Assembly (NCBI GenBank): GCA_052033915.1
Contig: JBPOJF010000013.1
Coordinates: 78,400 to 142,399 of the forward strand
Reading direction: 5' to 3'
From: Lentisphaerota bacterium
GTDB lineage: Bacteria > Verrucomicrobiota > Kiritimatiellia > CAIQIC01 > JAGNIJ01
Length of the DNA: 64,000 nucleotides
Below the pieces are notes generated by a model. That model saw nothing but the letters and a program-made list of their open reading frames with translations, did no database searches and was not told the DNA's origin. The translations under genes were made by a program, and so were the position numbers. Positions 33,454 through 43,567 of the stretch are shown piece after piece (positions within the stretch are counted from its first letter, which is position 1; each line of letters begins with the position of its first letter).

Positions 33454-34536
33454 CTATGACTCCCCAGAACCCATGATCACACTTTGCGAAGTGTGATCAT
33501 GCCTGTCCCTCGGCGCTTGACCCCGCTTCAACACCCAGCCGACCGCGCACGCCAACATCAGCGTGATCGCACCACCCACGAGTCCCGACACGGAAGTCCC
33601 CGCGCTCACCGCGGGCCAGGAGGCCGCCTGCTCCTCCGACTCGGCTGCCTCGGCGCTCGATTTGAATCCGTAGTCCGGCAGAAACGCCGTTTTCTCCTGC
33701 ACCGATGAGAGTTCCTTGTGCACTCCGCTCTCCGAACCAGAGACCTCCTCCGTTCCGATGACCTTCGCGATCGACCACTCCAGTCCGTCAGGATGCGTTG
33801 AGGCGAACCAACTGGCGACTCCGCCCACAACCACCGCGGCAATCAGCAGGCCGATCAGGACCGGCCGCAAGCTGACGCGCGTCCCCGCAGCCGCTTCCGC
33901 GGCCGGCAAAGCCTCCGGCCGCGCGCGGGCAACAAACGAGACGACAACCGCCGTGGCCAGGCCCTCGACAATTCCGATCGCCAGGTGAATGGGCGACATC
34001 AGCAGGACAAACACGCCGAACGGCAACGCCGTAATCCCGGATGCTTTGGTCTCGAGCACGACGCTGAACGCTCCGAGTTGGAGCCCCACGACCGCGGCAA
34101 CGATTGCCGCCACCCATGCGCGCGGCGTTCCGTGCTGATCCTTCGTGATCGCCCGGTAGACAAAGGGATACGCGACGAACGCGGGGTAAAACCCAAGGTT
34201 GAAGATATTGCAGCCCAGCGCCAGCAAACCGCCATCCGCGAAGAACAGCGCCTGCACCGTCAGCACCGAGGCAATCACCAGGAATGCCGCGTACGGCCCC
34301 AGCAGGATCGCCAGGATCAGCCCGCCGCCGAGATGGCCGCTCGAACCCGCGCCCGGAATCGTGAAGTTGATCATCTGCGCGGCGAAGATGAACGCGCCGA
34401 GCACGCCCATCATCGGAACCAGGTTATCGCGCATCGTCAGCCGCACTTTCCGCGCGCAATACGCGATCAACCCCGCGCTCGCGGCCCACATCGTCCCGCC
34501 CACGGCGGGGGAAATTAAAGCATCGGCCATGTGCAT
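33454..34536 (-). CDS. cbiMN: Fused CbiM-CbiN (NikMN-like) Ni/Co ECF substrate-capture component
   Basis: Starts 'MHMADALIS' (CbiM N-terminal MH motif that coordinates the metal), 7 TM CbiM core, C-terminal CbiN-like two-TM extension. The track ORF's first 114 aa are an artefact. Confidence 0.75.
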   Translation of the reverse strand: MHMADALISPAVGGTMWAASAGLIAYCARKVRLTMRDNLVPMMGVLGAFIFAAQMINFTIPGAGSSGHLGGGLILAILLGPYAAFLVIASVLTVQALFFADGGLLALGCNIFNLGFYPAFVAYPFVYRAITKDQHGTPRAWVAAIVAAVVGLQLGAFSVVLETKASGITALPFGVFVLLMSPIHLAIGIVEGLATAVVVSFVARARPEALPAAEAAAGTRVSLRPVLIGLLIAAVVVGGVASWFASTHPDGLEWSIAKVIGTEEVSGSESGVHKELSSVQEKTAFLPDYGFKSSAEAAESEEQAASWPAVSAGTSVSGLVGGAITLMLACAVGWVLKRGQAPRDRHDHTSQSVIMGSGES

Positions 34537-34538
34537 GT

Positions 34539-35318
34539 CTATTTCCCTCCAAACGTCCACTTCAGGCCGGCTGTCGCTGTGAAATCCGGCGCATCGCCCT
34601 CGATTTTCGATCCGCCCGCCACGTCGAGAACCAGATCCTCGACCACATCCCAGCGGAAGCCCGTGTTGTACTGCACCACAGTGTCCGCGCCGTCCGTCAG
34701 TTCCTTCTCGGCGAACACTTCGCCCACCCATTGCACGGCATCCGTCAACTGGTAGTCCAGCGCGACGCCGTAGTGAACCACATCGTGGACTTTTTCGTCG
34801 TCCGGCTCGCCGATCCACGAGTAGCCGGCGTTCACGTGAACGCCCGCCTTTTCCCCGAACGCCCGCGACGCCGCCCACATCAGGTCGTAGTCGGTCTCGC
34901 CGCTGCCCAGTCCTTTATCTTCGTCCGCCGTCGGAAACTTGACCGAGGGGACCAGCGCGTGCCGCGCGCCGAGTGGGCACTCCTCGAGGAACTGCCACTT
35001 GGCGTTGATCACGAGATCGCCGACCCCGCTTTCCCTGTGACGCTTCTTCGCACCGCTCTCAAGCGCCTCGTCTCGTTCCTCGAACTGTCCGCCGAAGCCT
35101 ACGCCCACGGCAAGGCCGGGCAGAACCCCGTACCCCAGCCCGACCGGGAAATCCCAATGGTCGCAATCCGAATCCCCGCCGTACACGGCCCCGGCCTCGA
35201 TCTCGAACCGGCCGGTATCCACCGGGTCCGCATCGTCAATCGTCAACGGCCTCGCGGCAAACGCCGCCCCCGCCGTCATCAGGCTCAGCGCCAAAATCGC
35301 CTCTTTGCAGATTCTCAT
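34539..35318 (-). CDS. Outer-membrane channel-like protein ('MetA-pathway/phenol-degradation-like' OM transporter family) inside the Ni uptake operon
   Basis: Signal peptide 'MRICKEAILALSLMTAGAAFA', amphipathic beta-strands, 'FEIEAGAVYGG...GLGYGVLPGLAVGVGFGGQF'. Confidence 0.5.
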   Translation of the reverse strand: MRICKEAILALSLMTAGAAFAARPLTIDDADPVDTGRFEIEAGAVYGGDSDCDHWDFPVGLGYGVLPGLAVGVGFGGQFEERDEALESGAKKRHRESGVGDLVINAKWQFLEECPLGARHALVPSVKFPTADEDKGLGSGETDYDLMWAASRAFGEKAGVHVNAGYSWIGEPDDEKVHDVVHYGVALDYQLTDAVQWVGEVFAEKELTDGADTVVQYNTGFRWDVVEDLVLDVAGGSKIEGDAPDFTATAGLKWTFGGK

Positions 35319-35320
35319 CT

Positions 35321-35758
35321 TCAGAACTCCTTTCCTGTTGTCGTGACCGTGAGTTTCCCGTGCTTCACTCCTTTGACAGCAATCAATCCGTCCGCCAGCT
35401 TCCGCACCGCCGGCGCCTTCCCGCGCACCGCCAGGACTTCCATGCAGTTGTGGTGGTCGAGGTGGATGTGAAGGACCGAGATGATCAGCCCCTCGTGGTC
35501 GTGCTGGATGTCGGTCAGCTTCGCCTGCAGGTCGCGCTTGTGATGGTCATAGACCAGCGTGATCGTGCCCGCGATCTCGCCCCCGCCCACCTCCGCCCAG
35601 TGCTCGACCAGCCGCGCACGGACCATGTCCGCCAGCGCCTGCGAGCGGTTGGCGTACCCCTTCTTCTTCGACATGGCGTCCAACTGACCCACCAGATCGC
35701 CGGCCATCGAGACGCTGAAACGAACTACCGGGTGTGCGTTCATGGTGTTACCTTTCAA
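35321..35758 (-). CDS. nikR: Nickel-responsive regulator NikR (RHH + ACT-like metal-binding domain)
   Basis: N-terminal ribbon-helix-helix 'VVRFSVSMAGDLVGQLDAM', C-terminal high-affinity Ni site 'HIHLDHHNC' (H-x-H ... H ... C). Confidence 0.8.
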   Translation of the reverse strand: MKGNTMNAHPVVRFSVSMAGDLVGQLDAMSKKKGYANRSQALADMVRARLVEHWAEVGGGEIAGTITLVYDHHKRDLQAKLTDIQHDHEGLIISVLHIHLDHHNCMEVLAVRGKAPAVRKLADGLIAVKGVKHGKLTVTTTGKEF

Positions 35759-35923
35759 GATTTTCGTAACCTTGCAACTCTTTAACCCGCTGTCAAGGCC
35801 GATGCAGGATACCGTATGCGCGCGCGGAGTTCGTCCTCATTTTCCGTATTCCGCGACATCTTCGTGGGACCACAGAGTCGCAAGGCGCAGGCCGCGCGTC
35901 TTCACCTCAAGACGAGATGATCA

Positions 35924-35954
35924 TTGACACAACAACCCACATCATCAATATATA
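35924..35954 (+). promoter_or_regulatory. Sigma70-like promoter (TTGACA - 17/19 nt - AATATA/TATATA) driving the riboswitch-nrdDG-dcd transcript
   Basis: Seen directly in an AT-rich patch ~50 nt upstream of the riboswitch. Confidence 0.35.
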
Positions 35955-35999
35955 GTGTAGTTCTTTAGATAGATCACAACAGATTGTAGGTTTGTGACG

Positions 36000-36292
36000 T
36001 GGACAAGTGCCCCCGCTCATGCGGGGGAGAATAGGGAATCGGGTGTGAATCCCGAGCGGTAGCGCCGCTGTGACGAGTGACGAACGCTTCATCAAGCCAC
36101 TGCTTCTTCGAGCGGTAAGGCGAAGCCAGTAGGAAGATCTCGAAGCCAGAAGACCTGCTTGTTCGCGCTCATCCGGTCCGGCGGCCTGAAGTCGCCGGCA
36201 ACTGTCTCGCCGAAGACAGGATGAGGGAAGAGACGAGCTTGACCCGTTGCCCGGCCCGCCTTCACTCCCTCGCGAGTGGTGGCGGTTTTTTC
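36000..36292 (+). promoter_or_regulatory. Cobalamin (B12) riboswitch with intrinsic-terminator expression platform
   Basis: Conserved blocks in the correct order: 'AGGGAA', 'GGTGTGAATCC', 'GCGGTAGCGCC', B12-box 'AAGCCACTGC', 'GCGGTAAGGCGAAGCC', 'CCAGAAGACCTGC'. Followed by the hairpin CCCGCCTTCACTCC...GAGTGGTGGCGG + TTTTTT at 36256..36292, 84 nt before the nrdD ATG. Confidence 0.7.
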
Positions 36293-36375
36293 TGTCCGTA
36301 CGCTGCGCGCGAGTGGTTTCCCTCAAGACGAACAAGCGGCTGGTTGCCGCAGAAACAGAGAGGAGACCGCTCGAC

Positions 36376-38541
36376 ATGCTTCACGAACGTTCCGACAGTT
36401 CGATCCCGCAGATTCAAAACACGCTGTCGCTGGCCGTCCGAAAACGGGATGGTCGCGTTGTGGCCTTCGACTCAGAGCGTATTCGACTCGCCATCGCCGC
36501 CGCCTTCAAGGCGGACCAAGGACTGACTCTCAACCAGCGCCTGCCAATCGACGCCGACACCGCCGTAGTTCAGATCACCGACGCGGTGGTGCAGTCTCTC
36601 GCCGCGCGATCCGCCAACGACGAGGCGCTGGAGATCGAGTCCATTCAAGACCTGGTCGAGAAACATCTCATGCAGTCGGGCCATCACCGCGTGGCCAAGC
36701 GCTACATCCTCTACCGGGAAGAGCGGCGAAAAGCGCGCTTCGCGCGCGACCTGGGCGAACCGCTGGTCGCCACGGTCACATCGATCGACGAGTACCTGAG
36801 CGCGGCCGACTGGCGGGTCAACGCCAACGCGAACCAAGGCTACTCCCTGGGCGGGTTGATCCTCAACATCTCGGGAAAAGTCACCGCCAATTACTGGTTG
36901 AATCACCTCTACGGCGGAGACATCGAACGCGCGCATCGGGACGGCGATTTCCATATCCACGACCTCGACATGCTGGCCGGCTACTGCGCCGGCTGGTCCC
37001 TGCGCCGGCTCCTGTTGGAAGGGCTCAACGGTGTGCCCAACAAGATCGAAGCGGCGCCGCCGAAGCACCTGAGAACCGCGCTGGGGCAGATGGTCAATTT
37101 CCTTGGAACCCTTCAGAACGAATGGGCCGGGGCGCAAGCGTTCAGTTCGGTGGACACCTATCTGGCGCCGTTCGTTCGCCGGGACGGGCTGACCTACGCC
37201 GAGGTGCGGCAGTGCTTCCAGGAGTTCGTCTACAACCTGAACGTCCCGTCGCGATGGGGAACGCAGACGCCGTTCACCAATCTGACTTTTGACTGGATGT
37301 GCCCCGCCGATCTGCGCGAGCAGCAGCCCGTCATTGCGGGCGAGTTGATGCCTTTCCTCTACGGCGACCTGCAGAAGGAGATGGACGACATCAATCGCGC
37401 GTTCCTCGAAGTGATGAACGCGGGCGACACCAAGGGCCGCATTTTCACCTTCCCGATTCCCACGTACAACATGACGGAGGATTTCGATTGGGAACATCCG
37501 AATACGGACCTTCTTTTTGAGATCACCGCGAAGTACGGCCTTCCGTATTTCCAGAACTTCGTCAACTCGGAGCTGAAACCGGGCATGGTGCGCTCCATGT
37601 GCTGCCGCCTGCAACTGGATCTGCGCGAACTCCTGAAGCGCGGCAATGGTCTTTTCGGCTCCGCCGAGCAGACCGGTTCGGTCGGCGTGGTCACGGTGAA
37701 CTGCGCCCGGCTGGGGTACCGGTTCAAGGGCGATTCGCAGGGACTGTTCGCCGAGTTGGATCGGCTGCTGGAACTGGCCAAGCGAAGCCTGGAGGTCAAG
37801 CGGCAAGTCATTGAGGAACGCATGAAGTCCGGTTTGTATCCGTTCACGCGCCGTTACCTCGGCACGCTTCGTAATCACTTCAGCACAATCGGAGTGAACG
37901 GCCTGAACGAATGCGTCCGCAATTTCACCGGCGATCGGGACGACATCTCCACACCGGAGGGGATCGCGCTCAGCCTCCGCATTCTGGACCACATCCGCGG
38001 CCGGCTGATCGGATACCAGCAGGAGACGGGACACCTCTACAACCTCGAAGCGACGCCGGCCGAGGGCGCGACCTATCGCTTTGCGCGGGAAGATCGCAAA
38101 CGCTTCCCCCGGATTCTCCAGGCGGGCGCCGAAGAGGCCCCGTACTACACGAACTCCTCCCAGTTGCCGGTCGGCCACACCGATGATCCGTTCTTCGCGC
38201 TGCAGCATCAGGAAGCGCTCCAACAGCGCTACACCGGCGGAACCGTCTTCCACCTCTACATGGGCGAACGGATCTCCAGCGCGCGCGCCTGCAAGGAGCT
38301 GGTTCGTCGCGCGATCACCCGGTTCCGCATTCCCTATATCACGGTGACCCCGACCTTCTCGATCTGCCCGCAGCATGGCTACCTGACCGGGGAACACGCC
38401 TTCTGCCCGAAATGCACCGATCACAAACAAGCCTGCGAAGTCTGGACGCGCGTGATGGGCTACTACCGTCCGGTCTCGCAATTCAACAGGGGCAAGCAGA
38501 GCGAATTCAAAGAGCGCCTGTTCTTTGCCGAGGCACCCTGA
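36376..38541 (+). CDS. nrdD: Anaerobic ribonucleoside-triphosphate reductase (class III RNR)
   Basis: 721 aa. C-terminal Zn-ribbon 'CPQHGY...CPKC' and glycyl-radical motif 'RVMGYYRPV'. Start is the internal M with an AGGAGA RBS. Confidence 0.85.
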   Translation: MLHERSDSSIPQIQNTLSLAVRKRDGRVVAFDSERIRLAIAAAFKADQGLTLNQRLPIDADTAVVQITDAVVQSLAARSANDEALEIESIQDLVEKHLMQSGHHRVAKRYILYREERRKARFARDLGEPLVATVTSIDEYLSAADWRVNANANQGYSLGGLILNISGKVTANYWLNHLYGGDIERAHRDGDFHIHDLDMLAGYCAGWSLRRLLLEGLNGVPNKIEAAPPKHLRTALGQMVNFLGTLQNEWAGAQAFSSVDTYLAPFVRRDGLTYAEVRQCFQEFVYNLNVPSRWGTQTPFTNLTFDWMCPADLREQQPVIAGELMPFLYGDLQKEMDDINRAFLEVMNAGDTKGRIFTFPIPTYNMTEDFDWEHPNTDLLFEITAKYGLPYFQNFVNSELKPGMVRSMCCRLQLDLRELLKRGNGLFGSAEQTGSVGVVTVNCARLGYRFKGDSQGLFAELDRLLELAKRSLEVKRQVIEERMKSGLYPFTRRYLGTLRNHFSTIGVNGLNECVRNFTGDRDDISTPEGIALSLRILDHIRGRLIGYQQETGHLYNLEATPAEGATYRFAREDRKRFPRILQAGAEEAPYYTNSSQLPVGHTDDPFFALQHQEALQQRYTGGTVFHLYMGERISSARACKELVRRAITRFRIPYITVTPTFSICPQHGYLTGEHAFCPKCTDHKQACEVWTRVMGYYRPVSQFNRGKQSEFKERLFFAEAP

Positions 38542-39197
38542 TGGCACATCGCCTCTCCATCTCGGCGCAATCGGCGGCGGACGCCGGCGACGTGATCCCG
38601 GTTGCCGGTGTTGTGCCTCTGACCACCCTGGATTTCCCCGAACGGCTCGCAACCGTGGTGTTCACGCAAGGCTGTCCCTGGCGCTGTGCGTACTGCCATA
38701 ACGCGCACCTGCGTGCTCTCAATCAACCCGGCCGATGGCGCTGGCAGGATGTCTGCGCGCGGCTCGACGAGCGGCGCGATTTCGTCGAAGCCGTCGTTTT
38801 CAGCGGGGGCGAACCCACGTTCCACCGTGGATTGGAAATCGCCATCCGGACGGTCCGACGGAAGAGGTTCCTCGTCGGACTCCACACGGCGGGAATCTTC
38901 CCCGAGCGTCTTCGCGCTCTGTTGCCATTGCTGGATTGGGTGGGCTTCGACGTCAAAGCCCCCCTCGATCATCACTATGCGCGGCTCACCGGTGACGCCC
39001 GGAGCGCCGTCAAGGTCAAAGCCAGTTTGAAGATGCTGATGGCATCGGGCATCGCGTTCCAACTGCGCACCACCGTTGCCGATGGCGCGGAGGGCGACCG
39101 GTGGTTTGAAGCCGTTCGGGGACATCTGATTCGTTTCGGCGCGGGCGAGCCGGTCCGGCAATCCGTGCGCGAAGCGGCCCGGGAGGGCGCGGCGTGA
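38541..39197 (+). CDS. nrdG: Anaerobic RNR activating protein (radical SAM)
   Basis: 'GCPWRCAYCHN' CxxxCxxC radical-SAM cluster motif. ATG overlaps the nrdD stop (TGATG). Confidence 0.8.
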   Translation: MAHRLSISAQSAADAGDVIPVAGVVPLTTLDFPERLATVVFTQGCPWRCAYCHNAHLRALNQPGRWRWQDVCARLDERRDFVEAVVFSGGEPTFHRGLEIAIRTVRRKRFLVGLHTAGIFPERLRALLPLLDWVGFDVKAPLDHHYARLTGDARSAVKVKASLKMLMASGIAFQLRTTVADGAEGDRWFEAVRGHLIRFGAGEPVRQSVREAAREGAA

Positions 39198-39775
39198 TTC
39201 TCAACGACCATCAGATCGCGCGCCTTGCCCGCCGTGGCATGATTCGTCCCTTTAGCGCCCAGCTTGTGCGCCGGCTCGATGGCCGGCCCATTCTGTCCTA
39301 CGGACTGTGCAGCTTCGGATATGACCTCCGCCTATCGCCCAAGGAATTTAAAGTCTTCCGCCATGTGCCGGGCAAAATTGTAAATCCAAAAGACTTCTCG
39401 CCGGCCAGCCTGGAGTTGACCAAGTTGCATCGCGACGACTACGGCAGCTTCTTCATCCTCCCCGGCCAAAGCTACGGGCTCGGGGTCGCCATCGAACGCC
39501 TGCATCTGCCCGAGAACGTCAGCGCGATCTGCTTGGGAAAGAGCACCTATGCCCGCTGCGGCATTATCGCCAACGTCACGCCGGCGGAAGCCGGGTGGCA
39601 GGGACATCTCACCCTGGAATTCTCCAACAGCAGTGCGGCGGATTGCCGCATCTATGCCGGCGAAGGCATTGTGCAAATGATTTTTCTACAGGGCGAACGA
39701 TGCAGGACCAGCTACTGCGCGCGGGAAGGAAAGTATCACCGGCAAGGCAATCACATCACCTTTCCGCGCGTATAG
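39194..39775 (+). CDS. dcd: dCTP deaminase
   Basis: 'MILNDHQI', 'GYDLRL', 'SYGLGV...LHLPENVSAICLGKSTYARCGI' dUTPase-fold motifs. GTG start overlapping the nrdG stop. Confidence 0.85.
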   Translation: MILNDHQIARLARRGMIRPFSAQLVRRLDGRPILSYGLCSFGYDLRLSPKEFKVFRHVPGKIVNPKDFSPASLELTKLHRDDYGSFFILPGQSYGLGVAIERLHLPENVSAICLGKSTYARCGIIANVTPAEAGWQGHLTLEFSNSSAADCRIYAGEGIVQMIFLQGERCRTSYCAREGKYHRQGNHITFPRV

Positions 39776-40018
39776 ATGAAGGCTTTGAATGACACCGTTT
39801 TTCCAGGATGACAGGAAAGGCCGTGAAAGCCGGCCACAGTCTCGCTGCGGTAACGAGCTACAACTCTCCATCCGTCTTGCACCCTGTTTGGCGCACGCGG
39901 AGCAAAGCCAATCGACGATCCCAATCGGCGGTGAAGGCGAGAGACGAGGCGAAATGTCACAGGCTCGGAGTCCGAACATCTGTCTTCCTGGCGCAAGAAG
40001 AAAAGGCCCATCGCCAGA

Positions 40019-42349
40019 ATGGAGACCATGGTGAAGAAACATATCCTGACACACAACCTCGGATATCCCCGCATAGGGGCGAAGCGCGAGTTGAAACGCG
40101 CCCTCGAATCCTATTGGAAGAAGACCCGCACGGAGACGCAACTCTTCGACACGGCAAAAGCCATTCGAAGAGCCAACTGGCTTTTTCAGAAACAGGCCGG
40201 GATCGATCTAATTCCGTCCAATGATTTCAGTCTCTATGATCAGATGCTCGACACCTGCGCGCTAGTCGGGGCAGTGCCGGAGCGGTTCCGGCAGGAGGCT
40301 GGCCCAGTCTCCCTGTCGACGTATTTCGCCATGGCGCGAGGGATCGATGGCGCGGGCGATCAAGCGTGTGATTCGAACCCTGCTTCGCCCTGCGCGCCCC
40401 TGGAAATGACCAAGTGGTTTGACACGAACTATCACTATCTCGTGCCGGAGTTGAGCCACGATCAACGCTTCCAGCTTGCATCGAGCAAGGTGTTCGATGA
40501 ATTCGCAGAAGCGCTAGATATGGGCATCCGCACCATGCCGGTACTTATCGGTCCGGTCACCTTCCTTTTGCTGGCCAAGACGCGCGGACCGCATTTCAAG
40601 CGGCTGTCAATCCTTCCGCACCTGCTCCCTGTCTACGCCAAAGTCCTGCGGCGCCTTTGCGATCAAGGGGCGGAGTGGGTACAGATGGACGAGCCGTGTC
40701 TCTGTCTCGACCTTGCCGAGGAGGATCTCGCCGGGATCACGACGGCCTATGAACAACTGAACCGAGCCGCTTCCGGATTGAAGATAATGGTGGCAACCTA
40801 CTTCGGGGACTTGCAGCACAACCTTGAGACAGCTTGCCGGCTGCCGGTGTCCTGCATCCATTTCGACGCGGTGCGAGCGCCTCACGAACTGGATCGGCTG
40901 CTCGAGTTGCTGCCGCCGACGATGCGATTGTCGCTTGGGGTTGTAGACGGCCGCAATGTCTGGCGAAATGACTTTGAACACTCACTGGCGCTACTGCGGA
41001 AGGCCATAGCCTCCATCGGCGAGGAACGCCTCTTGGTCGCGCCGTCATGCTCGCTGATTCATGCGCCGCTCAGCTTGAAGCAGGAAAGCAAGCTGGATGT
41101 GGAAATCAAGAGTTGGCTTTCATTCGCGGAGGAGAAGATCACCGAGGTCGTTCAACTTGCGCACCTCGCACGACAGAAGAAGGCTTCCTCCCGGTTATCC
41201 GGGAACCGCGAGGCCGTCACGCTTCGACTCAATAGCCCGCGCATTCACGATCCTGCCGTCAAGATGCGGACCGACGGCATATCTCCGGCTGCCCTGCAGA
41301 GACACAGCGCCTTCGCCATCCGGAAACCGAAACAGCAGGCGCGACTGAAGTTGCCGTCTTTTCCGACAACGACCATCGGTTCGTTTCCACAAACAGAGGT
41401 AGTCCGGACAGCCCGCGCCGATTTCAAGAAGGGGATTCTGTCACAGCAAGCGTACGAAGGGTTCCTCGAACAAAAGCTCGCCGAGTGTGTTCTGTGGCAG
41501 GAAGAGATTGGCCTTGACGTGTTAGTGCATGGCGAATTCGAACGGACCGACATGGTTGAGTATTTCGGGGAACAGCTTGCGGGTGTCGCATTGACGGAGA
41601 ACGGCTGGGTGCAAAGCTACGGTTCTCGTTGCGTGAAGCCGCCCATCCTATTCGGCGATGTCTCCCGTCCGAGGCCGATGACAGTCCGGTGGTCAAAATA
41701 CGCGCAGTCGTTGACGAAGAAACCTCTGAAAGGAATGCTGACCGGTCCACTTACGATCCTGCAATGGAGTTTCGTTCGCGACGACCAGCCGCGCAGCGAA
41801 ACCGCCAAACAGATTGCGCTTGCTCTGAGAGACGAGGTTCTCGACTTGGAGGCGGCCGGACTCCCGATCATTCAGATCGACGAGCCGGCTCTGCGCGAAG
41901 GACTGCCGCTTCGGCGCGCGGATTGGCGAAGCTATCTGGACTGGGCCGTCGACGCTTTCCGACTTGTGGCCGGCGGCGTCCAGGATGAGACGCAGATCCA
42001 CACCCATATGTGTTATTGTGAATTTGACGACGTCCTCGGCAGCATCGCTGCGCTCGACGCAGATGTGATCTCCATCGAAACATCGCGCTCCAACATGCAG
42101 TTGCTTGAAGCCTTCACAAGGTTCGATTATCCGAACGATATCGGGCCGGGCGTCTGGGACATTCACTCGCCACGCGTCCCATCCGTAGATGAAATGCTGG
42201 GCCTTATTCGTGCCGCCGCGAAGGTGATTCCAAGCGAGCGTCTATGGATCAATCCTGACTGCGGTTTGAAGACACGTCAATGGAACGAGGTGAAGGTGGC
42301 GTTGCAGAATCTCGTCGCCGCGGCGCAGAAGGCGAGAGCGGCAGTGTGA
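40019..42349 (+). CDS. metE: Cobalamin-independent methionine synthase
   Basis: 776 aa, '[20 protein letters not shown]' N-terminus, C-terminal Zn site 'HTHMCYCEF' and 'DCGLKTR'. Confidence 0.9.
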   Translation: METMVKKHILTHNLGYPRIGAKRELKRALESYWKKTRTETQLFDTAKAIRRANWLFQKQAGIDLIPSNDFSLYDQMLDTCALVGAVPERFRQEAGPVSLSTYFAMARGIDGAGDQACDSNPASPCAPLEMTKWFDTNYHYLVPELSHDQRFQLASSKVFDEFAEALDMGIRTMPVLIGPVTFLLLAKTRGPHFKRLSILPHLLPVYAKVLRRLCDQGAEWVQMDEPCLCLDLAEEDLAGITTAYEQLNRAASGLKIMVATYFGDLQHNLETACRLPVSCIHFDAVRAPHELDRLLELLPPTMRLSLGVVDGRNVWRNDFEHSLALLRKAIASIGEERLLVAPSCSLIHAPLSLKQESKLDVEIKSWLSFAEEKITEVVQLAHLARQKKASSRLSGNREAVTLRLNSPRIHDPAVKMRTDGISPAALQRHSAFAIRKPKQQARLKLPSFPTTTIGSFPQTEVVRTARADFKKGILSQQAYEGFLEQKLAECVLWQEEIGLDVLVHGEFERTDMVEYFGEQLAGVALTENGWVQSYGSRCVKPPILFGDVSRPRPMTVRWSKYAQSLTKKPLKGMLTGPLTILQWSFVRDDQPRSETAKQIALALRDEVLDLEAAGLPIIQIDEPALREGLPLRRADWRSYLDWAVDAFRLVAGGVQDETQIHTHMCYCEFDDVLGSIAALDADVISIETSRSNMQLLEAFTRFDYPNDIGPGVWDIHSPRVPSVDEMLGLIRAAAKVIPSERLWINPDCGLKTRQWNEVKVALQNLVAAAQKARAAV

Positions 42350-42523
42350 CACGGTACGGTCTGCGTGGGAGTTCCTCAGGCAACTCGTCCAGAGCGCCGT
42401 CCTGTGTGGTTGAATGGTTCTGGATTCGTGTTCGAGTTGTTTGGGTTGACGGGGACTGAGACCGTCAATGTCGGGACAGCAAACAGAAGTCCGTTGTCCA
42501 CAACATGACCTTCTGCGGCCGGA

Positions 42524-43567
42524 TCAGAAGAAAGCCTTCGCCAATTTCAGCACGCCCTGGCTCCAAGGCGTACGATGCGTGATCCCTGATCGCCCGGAAA
42601 TTCTATCGGCGTTGTCAAGGTACCAGCGATAGTTCCGAATCAGGGCTTCGCGATTGGAGAACTTCGGCTTGAACCCGAGTTTGCGTTCGGCTTTCTCGAT
42701 GGAAACGAATGATTCCTTCCCCGCCGTTTCGTAAATCCATTTGTATAAAGGCGATATACGCAGTGCTTCCAGCAACCTCAGAAGGGCGATCGCCGGCTTC
42801 TCAGGTATGGAGATGATCCGTTTGCCGTGACCCGCGGCATCCAGGACCGCTTGAAAATCGGTTCGCGGCGTGCCGTACTCGGCCGCGCCGATATTGAAGG
42901 TGTCGTTGACGATGTCGTCGGGCAGGACAGCGCACAGCCAGATGGCCTCGCACAGGTCTTCCACGTCCAAGTACTGGTACGGATTATTCCCGCTCCCCAG
43001 GATCGGGAAGTTGTGACCGTCCCGCGCCCATTCATACAGGAGAGCGAAGACGCCGAGTCGCTCCGGACCGACGAAGGACTTCGGCCGGATGACCGGCAAG
43101 ACCAGTCCGTTGCCTCGATATTCTTCGCACAGCATCTCGGCAGCGACCTTGGCTTCTCCGTAGGGCCCAACCCCATGGAGATCATCCGACTCCAACAAAG
43201 GATGATGGTCCGGAATTCCGTAAACCGCTGTCGAAGAGATATGAATCACGCGCTTGATCCCGACCCGAACCGCCTCCGCAAGCACTGTACGGGTACCTTC
43301 GACATCGGTGCTGTAGATATCGGCCGGCTTGTAGAGGGGTAACGCGGCGGCGGCATGGACAACGATATCCGCATCCTTCAAGGCCGGCCGAACATCCTCA
43401 GCACGCCGGATATCTCCTTGAATCGAACGAACGCGATCCCGCACGTCGTCATAATCAAACGGCGCCAAATCGAGAGAGGTGACTTCCTGGCCTCTGGCCA
43501 GCAAATGGCGCACAAGATTGATGCCTAGAAATCCGGCGCCGCCGGTAATCAGATATCGCTGTTTCAT
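42524..43567 (-). CDS. NAD-dependent epimerase/dehydratase (extended SDR)
   Basis: '[19 protein letters not shown]' Rossmann motif and 'YGEAKVAAE' YxxxK. Start gives an ATGA overlap with the upstream MTase. Confidence 0.75.
   Translation of the reverse strand: MKQRYLITGGAGFLGINLVRHLLARGQEVTSLDLAPFDYDDVRDRVRSIQGDIRRAEDVRPALKDADIVVHAAAALPLYKPADIYSTDVEGTRTVLAEAVRVGIKRVIHISSTAVYGIPDHHPLLESDDLHGVGPYGEAKVAAEMLCEEYRGNGLVLPVIRPKSFVGPERLGVFALLYEWARDGHNFPILGSGNNPYQYLDVEDLCEAIWLCAVLPDDIVNDTFNIGAAEYGTPRTDFQAVLDAAGHGKRIISIPEKPAIALLRLLEALRISPLYKWIYETAGKESFVSIEKAERKLGFKPKFSNREALIRNYRWYLDNADRISGRSGITHRTPWSQGVLKLAKAFF

Noticed and set aside
35759-35923. Looked for a canonical NikR operator (GTATGA-N16-TCATAC) upstream of nikR
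   Set aside because: Only a direct repeat ACCGTAT...CCGTAT was seen, with no convincing inverted repeat. The operator may be divergent in this lineage, so no feature is claimed.
36247-36375. N-terminal 43-aa extension of the nrdD track ORF
   Set aside because: It overlaps the riboswitch terminator hairpin and lacks an RBS. The M at 36376 has an AGGAGA Shine-Dalgarno sequence and begins the conserved NrdD N-terminus.
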